Notes under the pieces: generated by a model | The model's database searches: none | Told to the model about the DNA's origin: nothing | What the model saw: only the letters and a program-made list of their open reading frames with translations | Source of the DNA: Candidatus Kapaibacterium sp. | Lineage (GTDB): Bacteria; Bacteroidota; Ignavibacteria; Kapaibacteriales; UBA2268 | Assembly (NCBI GenBank): GCA_963665665.1 | Contig: OY762428.1 | Location: forward strand, 3,968,001 to 4,032,000 | Length of the DNA stretch: 64,000 nt | Direction of reading: 5' to 3' | Position numbers and translations under genes: made by a program | Part shown: piece after piece, positions 21,527-31,613 of the stretch | How positions within the stretch are numbered: position 1 is the stretch's first letter | Layout of the letters: every line of letters begins with the position of its first letter

Positions 21527-21619
21527 TTATTACATTTTAAGGCTCTAAATTATTTGAGATTATGATTATTTTCATTATCTTTCTTTTTTTGTTGAATCAA
21601 TTCACAACCGGAGTTATCA

Positions 21620-22855
21620 ATGAGAATTTTTACGAAACTTTTTATACTTTTTATTACTCTGTCAATAGTTTACTTACCTGCCAAAGCAGATGAACCCAAA
21701 AAAGACAAGGGTAAAATAATTGAATCAAAGAATGAATTCTGGGACGAAATAAAGAAATCCGTTGAAGATTTTGAAAAAGATGAAGATAAGCCACGCAAGA
21801 AAATGGTTATGGACTTCTCGGGTTATGACTTCCCGAAATCTGTTAAAGATTTTAAAACCCAGTGGCATAACGATCCTGTCAGCCAGGGTTGGTCAGGCAT
21901 GTGCTGGTGCTATTCCACAACATCCATGCTTGAATCGGAAATATTCAGAATACATAAGAAAAAAATTAAACTATCGGAACTGCATACAATTTACTGGGAA
22001 TATGTGGAAAAGGCCATGCGCTTTGTTGACGAAAGAGGAAATTCAAAATTTGCCGAAGGCTCACAGGCCAATGCAGTTCTCAGGATTTGGGACAAATACG
22101 GTTGCGTTCCTGCTAATGTTTATACAGGGCTTAAAAAAGGCCAGACCCATCATTGCCACCAGAAAATGTTCAATGAAATGAATGATTTTCTGCAATCTGT
22201 TAAGAAGAGCAATATGTGGAACAAAGGTATTGTAAAAGCAACAATAAGGCAAATACTTAATAAATATATTGGCCGTGTTCCAAAAAATTTCAAGTATGAA
22301 GGTAAGGAATACACTCCCAAACAGTTTATGGATGAAGTAGTTAAGCTTAATATGGATGATTATATCGACGTTATGTCGCTTAAAACATCCGATTACTGGC
22401 AGAAAGCGCTTTATGACGTACCTGATAACTGGTGGAGAAGCGAACGCTACAACAATGTTCCGCTTGACGACTTTATGGCAGCAATAAAAAAAGCCGTTAA
22501 AAACGGTTATACAATGTTTATCGGCGGTGATGTATCAGAACCGGGTTATGAATCTCATGCTGAAGTTGCAGTAGTTCCCACTTTTGATATTCCGTCGGAA
22601 TATATTGACGAAAATGCCAGGCTGCTTCGATTTATGAACGGGGCAACGACAGACGACCACGGTATTCATATTGTAGGGTGGATGGAAAAAGACGGCGCTA
22701 CCTGGTTCCTGATAAAAGATTCAGGCAGCGGTTCCCGCAATGGTAACAACAAGGGATATTACTTCTACCATGAGGATTATATTAAACTGAAAATGATGAA
22801 CTTCGTTGTTCATAAATCAGCCATCGAAGACCTGATGAAAAAATTCAAAAACTAA
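21620..22855 (+). CDS. Secreted C1 (papain-like, aminopeptidase C-type) cysteine peptidase
   Basis: Signal peptide; QGWSGMCWCYS and DDHGIHIVG motifs. Confidence 0.88.
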   Translation: MRIFTKLFILFITLSIVYLPAKADEPKKDKGKIIESKNEFWDEIKKSVEDFEKDEDKPRKKMVMDFSGYDFPKSVKDFKTQWHNDPVSQGWSGMCWCYSTTSMLESEIFRIHKKKIKLSELHTIYWEYVEKAMRFVDERGNSKFAEGSQANAVLRIWDKYGCVPANVYTGLKKGQTHHCHQKMFNEMNDFLQSVKKSNMWNKGIVKATIRQILNKYIGRVPKNFKYEGKEYTPKQFMDEVVKLNMDDYIDVMSLKTSDYWQKALYDVPDNWWRSERYNNVPLDDFMAAIKKAVKNGYTMFIGGDVSEPGYESHAEVAVVPTFDIPSEYIDENARLLRFMNGATTDDHGIHIVGWMEKDGATWFLIKDSGSGSRNGNNKGYYFYHEDYIKLKMMNFVVHKSAIEDLMKKFKN

Positions 22856-22912
22856 TAATTTCACAAAACGAAACTTTATTCAATCCCGCCAATTTAATTG
22901 GCGGGATTTTTT
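22853..22912 (+). terminator. Terminator after C1 peptidase; near-copy at 23339-23402
   Basis: AATCCCGCC...GGCGGGATT + T-run; the upstream CAAAACGAAACTTTAT is shared with the second copy. Confidence 0.8.
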
Positions 22913-23053
22913 GTTTTTATTTATTGTTTTAATTTTATTTATTGTTTTAATTTTATATATTACAGATATATACAAGAATAATATTTGATTTTAGCCATTA
23001 ATTTTTAAAATTCACCTACGCTTGTTGAAAAGTAAAAATTATTTCACCAACAC

Positions 23054-23296
23054 TTGTTGGTATATTTCAATATTATGAATGAAATGATTGAACATAATTA
23101 TAAAATATTTTTGCAAGATATTATTGCAAATATTGAACATGCAAGAGTCAATGTTGCAAAAAGAATTAACTCAGTTCTAAACGAAGTAAATTTTAATATT
23201 GGCCGAATGATAGTAGAAAGGCAACAGGAATTTGGTTGGGGTCAATCTGTAATAAACCAATTATCAAAAGACCTTAATAATAAATTGGCTCTATAA
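23054..23296 (+). pseudogene. Truncated DUF1016 (YhcG) N-terminal fragment
   Basis: NIGRMIVERQQEFGWGQSVINQLSKDL matches the YhcG N-terminus; stops after about 75 aa. Confidence 0.75.
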
Positions 23297-23469
23297 CGAA
23301 AAGTGTGGGTTAAATAAAAATATCTTATATTGCAAAATTAATAATTCCCCAAAACGAAACTTTATCCAATCCCGTCGGTTTTAATTATGACGGGATTTTT
23401 TTATTCATTTTAATAACAAAATTTCATATTTTATAAAGTATAATAATTTGATTCTAAGCAGAGGACAGG

Positions 23470-24678
23470 ATGTCAGAATTTTACAGGACAAGGATTCCGG
23501 ACGAAACTATTGAAAAATGGCAGAATACTATCAACCTGATGGCTAAAATATTTCAAGTACCTGCCGGCTTGATTATGAAAGTTCACCCTTCGGAAATTGA
23601 AGTGTTTGTTGCCAGTATAACAGAAGAAAATCCGTATAAACCCGGCGAAAAAGAACACTTGAATTCAGGTCTGTACTGCGAAACAGTTATGGAAACAGAC
23701 AGTATGCTCAATATCCCCAATGCTCTGGAAGATAAAGAGTGGGAAAATAATCCCGATATCAAACTTGGAATGGTACATTATCTCGGCCTTCCCTTGCATT
23801 ACCCTGATGGCAGTATATTCGGGACAATATGCGTTCTTGATAAAGAAGAAAGAAAATATGAGGATCTTTATATCGACCTTATTTATCAATTCAGGGAAAT
23901 AATTGATGCGGACCTGAATACAATAATTATGGGCAGGTTAATGGAAGTTACTATGATGAACCTGAAGGAATCTAAGGAACAGCTTTCCATTGCTAATAAA
24001 ACCAAGGATAAATTCTTCGCCATTCTTGCACATGACCTCCGCGGGCCGATAAGCACTATAGACCAGATGACAAGAATGCTTTATGAGGATTATGACATAT
24101 TGGATACGGAATTCCGCAAGGAAACTCTCAGGGAGATGAAAGAATCATCGAAATCTGTATTTGACCTTCTTGAGAACCTGCTGACATGGTCGCGGTCACA
24201 AAGGGGTATTCTGCATTTTGAACCTACCGAAGTAAGCCTTACCGCTATTATACATATCAATTTCGGTTTGCTTAAGCAAACTGCTGATAAAAAAGAAATT
24301 AAACTAATATCAGAAATTGAAGGCGATATTTCCTTCCAGGCAGATGCGAATATGGTTTCCACAATTTTTCGCAACCTTATATCCAATGCTATCAAATTTA
24401 CCGAAAGGGGAGGATCGATAAGAATAAATGCTAAAAAGGACAGTAAAAAAGTAGTTGTGAATGTTATTGATGATGGCGTGGGAATGGATGAGGAAACCAT
24501 TTCAAAGCTATTCAAAATTCATAAAAATGCTTCGAAAAAAGGAACATCAGGCGAGTCAGGTACGGGCCTGGGCCTGATACTTTGCAAGGAATTTGCCGAG
24601 AAACATAATGGAACGATCACGGCAAGTTCAAAATTGGGTGAAGGTTCCGTATTCACGGTATATTTTCCCATTGAATAA
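23470..24678 (+). CDS. GAF-domain sensor histidine kinase
   Basis: GAF (YLGLPL...FGTICVLD), AHDLRGP, NAIKFT, DDGVGM and GTGLGL motifs. Confidence 0.93.
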   Translation: MSEFYRTRIPDETIEKWQNTINLMAKIFQVPAGLIMKVHPSEIEVFVASITEENPYKPGEKEHLNSGLYCETVMETDSMLNIPNALEDKEWENNPDIKLGMVHYLGLPLHYPDGSIFGTICVLDKEERKYEDLYIDLIYQFREIIDADLNTIIMGRLMEVTMMNLKESKEQLSIANKTKDKFFAILAHDLRGPISTIDQMTRMLYEDYDILDTEFRKETLREMKESSKSVFDLLENLLTWSRSQRGILHFEPTEVSLTAIIHINFGLLKQTADKKEIKLISEIEGDISFQADANMVSTIFRNLISNAIKFTERGGSIRINAKKDSKKVVVNVIDDGVGMDEETISKLFKIHKNASKKGTSGESGTGLGLILCKEFAEKHNGTITASSKLGEGSVFTVYFPIE

Positions 24679-24751
24679 TATTTAAATAGAGATTAATAAT
24701 TTTAAAGGCTGTTATGCCCGATCAGTAATTATAAATTAAGGAGTTGATACT

Positions 24752-25582
24752 ATGCCCTGCAAATCAATTTTTATTATCGCAGTTTTTATCCTTCTCAGCT
24801 CGTGCGGCGGCAATTATGCCATAACAACAAAAAAGAATCCTGAATGCAAAACAATTGTCTCCGGTAAAATGCATTACATTCCACCCAAACAAAAACCAAA
24901 GAATGACCTTATAATTCTGTCTCTCGGGCGTAAACCGATCTATCATTTCGGGACAATCGTAAAAAAAACCGACAATGGATTTATTTTCGATCCTGTTGAA
25001 ACATACAGGTCGGATCTGCCCGAAAAGGAATATGAGTTCGATGAGATTGTCTGCCTTATGAATAAAGACGGAGATATCCTTCATGGCAAATTACCACGCC
25101 AGTTTGCCGACGATGGCCTGGAAGACAAAAGGGGCTGGAAAATATACTGGTATCTGAAACCTGTCGATGATCCTGAAGCCGAAGAAATAATCGTAAGAAT
25201 GTACCAGGGCAGGGAATTTTCATATTGCCTTGCTCCGGGTAAATACAAAGTAAATAAATTGGAATTCTATAAAAACGGCAGAGATTTCTGCGACTATTGC
25301 GAAGAACCCCCGAACTTCATAATCAATGTAGAGGATGGAGTTGACAATTATATTGGGGATATCTATTTCGACAGCCCCGGGGCTGAAGGTAATAAAATTG
25401 AAATTCAATGCGAAGCCGGAAGCCGCCCAAGCGATGCCGCTGCATATTCACTCGGTGGCGCTATTGGCGGTATAGCTAACGCATTATCAAAATCGGACGA
25501 CAACCCAGTTCATATCATCTCTGTTCAGGACAAAAGCCCGGCAGCTGATAAAAGAAAAAAATCGTTAGTGGAAGTTAAATGA
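24752..25582 (+). CDS. Hypothetical lipoprotein
   Basis: Lipobox LSSC; AAGGAG RBS; Gly-rich GGAIGG segment. Confidence 0.8.
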   Translation: MPCKSIFIIAVFILLSSCGGNYAITTKKNPECKTIVSGKMHYIPPKQKPKNDLIILSLGRKPIYHFGTIVKKTDNGFIFDPVETYRSDLPEKEYEFDEIVCLMNKDGDILHGKLPRQFADDGLEDKRGWKIYWYLKPVDDPEAEEIIVRMYQGREFSYCLAPGKYKVNKLEFYKNGRDFCDYCEEPPNFIINVEDGVDNYIGDIYFDSPGAEGNKIEIQCEAGSRPSDAAAYSLGGAIGGIANALSKSDDNPVHIISVQDKSPAADKRKKSLVEVK

Positions 25583-25797
25583 TCATACTTTTTAAATGTC
25601 TGATACTGGCCTTCCTTTTCTCTAACCTTTCCTGTGGGCTTGAGGAAAGGAAGATAACGGTGGAGTATATAGCGCAGACACAGGCTCAGATTGATTCCGC
25701 AGTAAGCAAGCTCAATGTGAATGATTCTGTTTTTTATGAAGATGTGAGGTTCTTGGTAAATTTAAAATTTTATGATTATGACTATAGTGATATGTAA
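25579..25797 (+). CDS. Short putative lipoprotein, possibly truncated
   Basis: Lipobox-like NLSC; ATGA overlap with previous gene; 72 aa. Confidence 0.5.
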   Translation: MIILFKCLILAFLFSNLSCGLEERKITVEYIAQTQAQIDSAVSKLNVNDSVFYEDVRFLVNLKFYDYDYSDM

Positions 25798-26234
25798 TTT
25801 GAAGCCAAAACAAGTGGGAAAGTTAGTATATTTAGAGGGGGGAAATTATCCTTTTGCAATTATTAATCGTAATAATAATTATTATGCAAGTTGGAATGAT
25901 TACGGGTCAGTTTCAAAAGTTGGGGATTAAATGCTGAATTGCAAGATAAATACTCCCCGAAGGCCTGCTACTATATCGCGCATCAGGCATTTCATCATTC
26001 ATTCTGTGGAAATTCTGTGCTGATAAATTATCAACCATGCCGGGCATAGCAAACTTCATTATTTTTTAAATAAATATTAACCCGGCCCAAGCGATTACCG
26101 GCTCTGCAAGATCAAAACGGCAATTGAATATAGGGATCGAACGGACAAATAGAACGAAATTCAATATCAAAAAAGTGAAATTCTGTGTTTTCTGAGTAAA
26201 ATTTTACCTGAAAAAATGTTTTTGGAAGCACCAA

Positions 26235-26402
26235 CCAACGCTAAGACGGCATATCCCAACGCTAAGATGACATATCCCAACGTTAAGACGGCACATCCCA
26301 ACGCTAAGATGACATATCCCAACGCTAAGACGGCATATCCCAACGCTAAGATGACATATCCCAACGTTAAGACGGCACATCCCAACGCTATGATAACATA
26401 TA
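26235..26402. repeat. Tandem array of 8 x 21-bp units (CCAACGYTAAGAYGRCAYATC) with ABCB-ABCB higher order
   Basis: Units at 26235, 26256 ... 26382 read directly. Confidence 0.95.
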
Positions 26403-26424
26403 TCAGCGATAATCAGGCTTTGGA

Positions 26425-26692
26425 GAACGCTCGGAAAGCACGAGGGAACGCTCGGGAAGCTCGGGGGAAGGCTCGGGAAGCACGGGGTAATGCTCGGGAA
26501 GCACGAGGGAACGCTCGGAAAGCACGAGGGAACGCTCGGGAAGCTCGGGGGAAGGCTCGGGAAGCACGGGGGAACGCTCGGGAAACACGAGGGAACGCTC
26601 GGAAAGCACGGGGGAACGCTCGGAAAGCACGGGGGAATGCTCGGAAAGCTTGGGGGAATGCTCGGAAAGCTTGGGGGAACGCTCGGGAAGCA
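26425..26692. repeat. Tandem array of 13 x 21-bp units (GAACGCTCGGRAAGCACGRGG)
   Basis: Units at 26425, 26446 ... 26677; same family as 88-360, opposite orientation. Confidence 0.95.
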
Positions 26693-27274
26693 TAAAACAG
26701 CGGGTTTCCGGCACAAAAAATTGTTTCCAAAGAACACACCAACGGCATTAAAGCCAATTATATCATACAATTACATTAACAAAAGCCTATTCAGCAGGAT
26801 TTCTATAGGAGGATGGCCCGCACCGCCGAAATAAAATTTCATCCGGGGGCTGATTTCTCCAAATTTGTTTGTTTTAAAAGCCCGGGGAGATATATAATGT
26901 TCCTGGCTGAGGGAGTATATTAACTGAAGAATACACTTGTTTCTATGATAAAATCATGGAGAATAGATTCTTCACTTCATTCAGGGTGAAATTTTACGGC
27001 TTTATCTGGTACTAACAGTAGATGTGTTGCCGGCCAGACGGAAATAAAATATAACAATTGAAGAAGCAAAAATTCATTTCAATTATCAAAATATGTTCTA
27101 TAGGGATGATTGGTTTACCTTATAAAACGGTTTTTTATAGATGATCATCATCAAATTGTTGTGTGTAGATTTCCTAGAAAAGATAATCTGGGATATATTG
27201 ATATTAAAGATAATAATATCAAGATATATTTTTTGAAAAGTCTTATTTCGTAAGAAATAATTCGAGATTAAAGT

Positions 27275-27306
27275 CAAAAAAAGCCCCGAAAAAATCCGGG
27301 GCTTCT
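27275..27306 (-). terminator. Terminator after glyA
   Basis: A-run then AGCCCCG...CGGGGCT. Confidence 0.75.
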
Positions 27307-27328
27307 TCGTGAAATAATTTTGTTTCGA

Positions 27329-28621
27329 TTACCAGGCAAATAGTTTGAATTTGGAAGTAAATTCTTTGACTTCATTTTTAACTTCCTGGTACATAGAATC
27401 GTTGCCGTGGTTGCTGATAACTTTGTTGATAAATCCTGCAACAACTTTCATATCGTCTTCCTTCAGGCCGCGTGTGGTCATTGCCGGTGTGCCAAGCCTG
27501 ATACCTGATGTGATAAGAGGAGATTTCGGATCGTTAGGAACGGCATTTTTGTTACATGTAATACCAGATGCGTCAAGAGCGTGCTCAGCGTCGCGCCCTG
27601 TAAGGCCTTTATTCTGAAGGTCGATCAGCATAAGGTGGTTGTCTGTACCGCCGCTAACCAGGTTGTAGTCCATTTTAACGAGTTCTTCGGAAAGAACTTT
27701 AGCATTTTTCATTACCTGGATAGTATAATCATTGAATCCGTCTTTCAGGCATTCGCCGAAGGCAACGGCTTTTGCAGCAATAACATGCATAAGTGGTCCG
27801 CCCTGGCAGCCGGGCATTACCCATGAGTCGATAAGTTCGCTCATGTTTTTAACCCTGCCTGATTTAGGAGCTACAACGCCGAAAGGATTTTCAGGATTCT
27901 TACCAAGAAGGATCATACCGCCGCGGGGGCCCCGAAGTGTTTTGTGAGTTGTTGTGGCAACAACGTCGCAATGCGGAATCGGGTTTGTAAGGTGTCCTTT
28001 GGCAATAAGGCCGGCCGGATGAGCAATATCAGCAAAGAGGAAAGCGCCAACCATATCAGCTATCTCGCGGAATTTCTTGAAATCGATATCGCGCGGGTAA
28101 GCTGATGCGCCAACAGTGATAAGTTTTGGTTTGTGTTTCTTTGCAAGTTCTTCAACCATATTGTAATCTATGCGGCCTGTTTCCGGGTCAAGTTCGTAAG
28201 GAATGAAATTGAAGAATTTACCGGAAAAGTTCACGTGTGAGCCATGAGTCAGGTGTCCGCCGTGAGCAAGGCTTAGCCCCATAACGGTATCGCCATGCTT
28301 AATATAGGTGAAGTAAACAGCCATATTAGCGCTGCTGCCGCTGTGAGGCTGCACATTTGCATAAGCTGCGCCAAAGAGTTTCTTTGCTCTTTCGCGAGCA
28401 AGGTCTTCAGCTACGTCTACCCATTCGCAGCCGCCGTAGTAGCGTTTGCCGGGGTATCCTTCGGCGTATTTATTTGTAAGCACAGAACCCTGTGCTTCCA
28501 TAACTGCATCGGAAACAAAGTTTTCGCTGGCAATAAGTTCAATTTTTTCGTGCTGACGGCGATTTTCATTTGTTATCGCGTTATATACTTCCGGGTCGCT
28601 CTGTTTAATTATGTCGTACAT
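27329..28621 (-). CDS. glyA: Serine hydroxymethyltransferase
   Basis: [23 protein letters not shown] and [13 protein letters not shown] motifs. Confidence 0.99.
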   Translation of the reverse strand: MYDIIKQSDPEVYNAITNENRRQHEKIELIASENFVSDAVMEAQGSVLTNKYAEGYPGKRYYGGCEWVDVAEDLARERAKKLFGAAYANVQPHSGSSANMAVYFTYIKHGDTVMGLSLAHGGHLTHGSHVNFSGKFFNFIPYELDPETGRIDYNMVEELAKKHKPKLITVGASAYPRDIDFKKFREIADMVGAFLFADIAHPAGLIAKGHLTNPIPHCDVVATTTHKTLRGPRGGMILLGKNPENPFGVVAPKSGRVKNMSELIDSWVMPGCQGGPLMHVIAAKAVAFGECLKDGFNDYTIQVMKNAKVLSEELVKMDYNLVSGGTDNHLMLIDLQNKGLTGRDAEHALDASGITCNKNAVPNDPKSPLITSGIRLGTPAMTTRGLKEDDMKVVAGFINKVISNHGNDSMYQEVKNEVKEFTSKFKLFAW

Positions 28622-28784
28622 ATCTCAAGCCCTGATATTTGTTAAATTACAGTTAAATATTCATCAATTTTCAAGGCGCACCGCGCCGTATTCAAATTTA
28701 AGATAAATAGTTAACATTTCATAACATGAGTTAATTATTCTTTACAGTTTATTTTTTCGAACATTATAACTTTCCAAATGTTTT

Positions 28785-29140
28785 TTAATCCGCCATTTAT
28801 ATTGCCATCTTAGCAAGATAAATGGCAAGATAATTTTTCATCAGCCAATATCCTACGATCAAACAGCTTCCAGGAAATTTAATTAATTTCAAACTCGTAA
28901 GTCTGCATATATGCTTATTATTAGTATATTTAGGCCTGTTTGAAGTAGTTGACAGATATTTAACTTTTAACTTGTTATCCTAATTTCGGGGGTAAGCTTA
29001 TGCCTCTAATAATGATTTTAATCCGCCATTTAATCCGCCATTTCTGTCACACAGTATCCTCCGCTCTTACGGCTGCCAAGTTATTTAATTAATTCCAAAC
29101 TCACAAGACTACATATCTATTTGTTATTGCTGTATTTAGG
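28785..29140. repeat. Degenerate 86-bp direct repeat pair plus three TAATCCGCCATTT motifs
   Basis: 28849-28934 vs 29055-29140 align ungapped at 65/86 (manual count); motif at 28786, 29019 and 29031. Confidence 0.75.
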
Positions 29141-29167
29141 TCTTCATTTATATTATCCGGATAAAAA

Positions 29168-29815
29168 TTAATTTTGGATAAATTCTTCACCTAAGTCGCC
29201 TTTGGATACACAGGGATTAGCCGAAAGATAAAACCTCAGAGGCATATCCGCAGATTTTTTTATACCTGTTCTTTTGCTGCGGAATATTCTCTCCCCGTCC
29301 CGGATATATCCGTCCAAAATATAGAATTCATTCCCGGTAAGCTTCTTATAATTATCTTTTCTGTCAATCCCGAAGCCTTTTGCAAAATTGCCCGGGCCGG
29401 ACAGAAGATTTGTCCCTGTATTTAAGCCCCTGTTTCTGGAAATAGTCTCCTTTCCGCACAGCACTTCTCCTGCTCTGATCAGTACGGCAGTTCCAATTCC
29501 TTCCGGGCCGCAAACGAAATTGAAACAGCGATGAACACCATAGATCAGGTAAACATACATTATACCTCCCTTTTCGAACATAGGCCTGTTTCTTTCTGTC
29601 AGGCCGGGAGCAGAATGGCAGGCCATATCTCCTTTGCCCATGTAAGCTTCTGTTTCGCAAATTCTGGCGGCAAGTATATCATCACCGCTTATCTTAACAA
29701 ATATCTTTCCAGGAAGCTCCCTGGCAACCACGGCAGTATTCCTGATAAAGAAATCATCCCGCAGGAAATTACCAGCTTTTATTTCTGATTTGATTTTTTC
29801 GACTTCACTTAACAT
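29168..29815 (-). CDS. mpg: 3-methyladenine DNA glycosylase (MPG family)
   Basis: ETEAY, YVYLIYGVH, AVLIRA and GPGNF motifs. Confidence 0.92.
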   Translation of the reverse strand: MLSEVEKIKSEIKAGNFLRDDFFIRNTAVVARELPGKIFVKISGDDILAARICETEAYMGKGDMACHSAPGLTERNRPMFEKGGIMYVYLIYGVHRCFNFVCGPEGIGTAVLIRAGEVLCGKETISRNRGLNTGTNLLSGPGNFAKGFGIDRKDNYKKLTGNEFYILDGYIRDGERIFRSKRTGIKKSADMPLRFYLSANPCVSKGDLGEEFIQN

Positions 29816-30107
29816 GATAAAAAGAATAGATTTTTAAAATATTGTGTTCAAGTAAATAAACAATACGGGTACTAAAATATAAAAAATTAAAATTAGTCAT
29901 AATTGAGCAAATAGAAATTATTAAGGTTTGAATAAAAATCGTTGCCGGATAATTGACATATCCAGCTATAATAATTTCAAATGAGCATGATAATTTTTTC
30001 GATCATATTTAACCGGTATCTGCGATTAAATATTTTCAGAAAGAAAATTGATTTATTAAAATTACCCATCCGGCTGCTTAAAGCCGCCGGATGAGCTGCT
30101 GAATATT

Positions 30108-31532
30108 CTATCTTTCAATCCTGAAGCGCAGGATTCTTATATTGTTTTCGAGCTCTAATCGCAGGAAGTATGTACCCGAGCTAAGGCTGCCCGTGTCTAT
30201 TCCGGCAGACAAATTGCCAATGCTGCCTTCGTGCGCTTTTTTGCCGTTAATATCGCTGATACTGTAATTTACAGCCGGGCCTGTTTTCTCGGTTTCAAAA
30301 TTCAAAAATATTCTGTTACGTGCCGGGTTGGGGTATATGAATGCCGACTGCAATTCCTTTTGCTCCACCGATACATATTTGGGTGCAATTTCTGCAAGGT
30401 ACAGATGCCTGAAATCATTCACGCCGTAAACAATCAGGTTGCCGTTGTCCTTTTCTGCAACCCCGCCAAGGTAGTTCTCGCTGTCCCTTGCCCAAATATA
30501 TTTTTCTTCAATATCTCCTTCAGGGCTAAGTATTACAATCATAAAATATTTTTTATAATGGTCGGCAACATCCTGCCATTTGCCCCATGCAACAATTTTG
30601 CCATTTTTTAATTCTTTAATACCCCAAAGAAACCATCTTTCACCAAAATCATACTGCCTTTTTAATATAATATCTCCGGACTTATTTAATTTCAAAAGCA
30701 ACCATTGTTGATTGCCGTTTTCCGGCTTTGTTTGGCAATTATAATATTCAGTTCCGTCTTTATTTTCAATTACATTATAGTATGAGTAGTAACCAACTCC
30801 CGGATCAATTTTTTTTCCTGATATGTAATTTCCTTCCGAATCAAAAATTGTTCGTACAAAATATGATTGCTTAGCAAATTCCATATCGCCAGGCCCGGCA
30901 TAGTCCATTTGATAATTTCCGTTTGAAAGCGCTTTCAAGTTTCCGGGCTGAAATATTGTTAATACATCCATATCAATTTGTTCCTTATGCAGGACAAAAG
31001 AATTAATTGTATCCATCCTTAAATTATAGCATGTAAAAACAGTAGTATCTGTTACAAAAATATGAAGAGCATATAATATCGAATCTCCGCGCGGGTATAT
31101 GTCAGCAAATAAACGCATATCATTTTCAGGGTATTCTTCGATAATATTTCCTTCGCCGTCAAGTTTCTTTTTTTTAATGTAAAAACTTACGTCATAGGGA
31201 TCTTTCATTGTGTAGTAAACAATCGAATCGTTTTCCTTTCGAACTCTGTCCTGGTAAAACTTATCGCTTCCCTTAAAAATTTTATGATAGTTAATATCAA
31301 GATCTTTTGAGCATGAGATTATTCCGGCGCCCTGGAGATTATCATTACCGCTGCTGTAAGACGCAGTATATATTAAATATAAATTCCCGTCAATTTCATA
31401 CATTTCCGGTTCCCAGGGTTTTTCATGCCCTGGCGCTTCAATAAACATTTCATTAATAATATCGGGTTCTTCGGTAAAAATATTAATAGCGCTTATGGAT
31501 AATAATAGTAAAGCAAGTCCGAATGTTTTCAT
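30108..31532 (-). CDS. T9SS type A sorting domain protein, paralog A
   Basis: Signal peptide; C-terminal IYPNPA...DING...SGTYFL sorting domain; 474 aa. Confidence 0.9.
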   Translation of the reverse strand: MKTFGLALLLLSISAINIFTEEPDIINEMFIEAPGHEKPWEPEMYEIDGNLYLIYTASYSSGNDNLQGAGIISCSKDLDINYHKIFKGSDKFYQDRVRKENDSIVYYTMKDPYDVSFYIKKKKLDGEGNIIEEYPENDMRLFADIYPRGDSILYALHIFVTDTTVFTCYNLRMDTINSFVLHKEQIDMDVLTIFQPGNLKALSNGNYQMDYAGPGDMEFAKQSYFVRTIFDSEGNYISGKKIDPGVGYYSYYNVIENKDGTEYYNCQTKPENGNQQWLLLKLNKSGDIILKRQYDFGERWFLWGIKELKNGKIVAWGKWQDVADHYKKYFMIVILSPEGDIEEKYIWARDSENYLGGVAEKDNGNLIVYGVNDFRHLYLAEIAPKYVSVEQKELQSAFIYPNPARNRIFLNFETEKTGPAVNYSISDINGKKAHEGSIGNLSAGIDTGSLSSGTYFLRLELENNIRILRFRIER

Positions 31533-31613
31533 CTCATCTCCCGGGGTATGTGTTTGGATTTATTAAATTACCCATCCGATGACTTTAAGTCATCGGATGA
31601 GCTGCTGAATATT

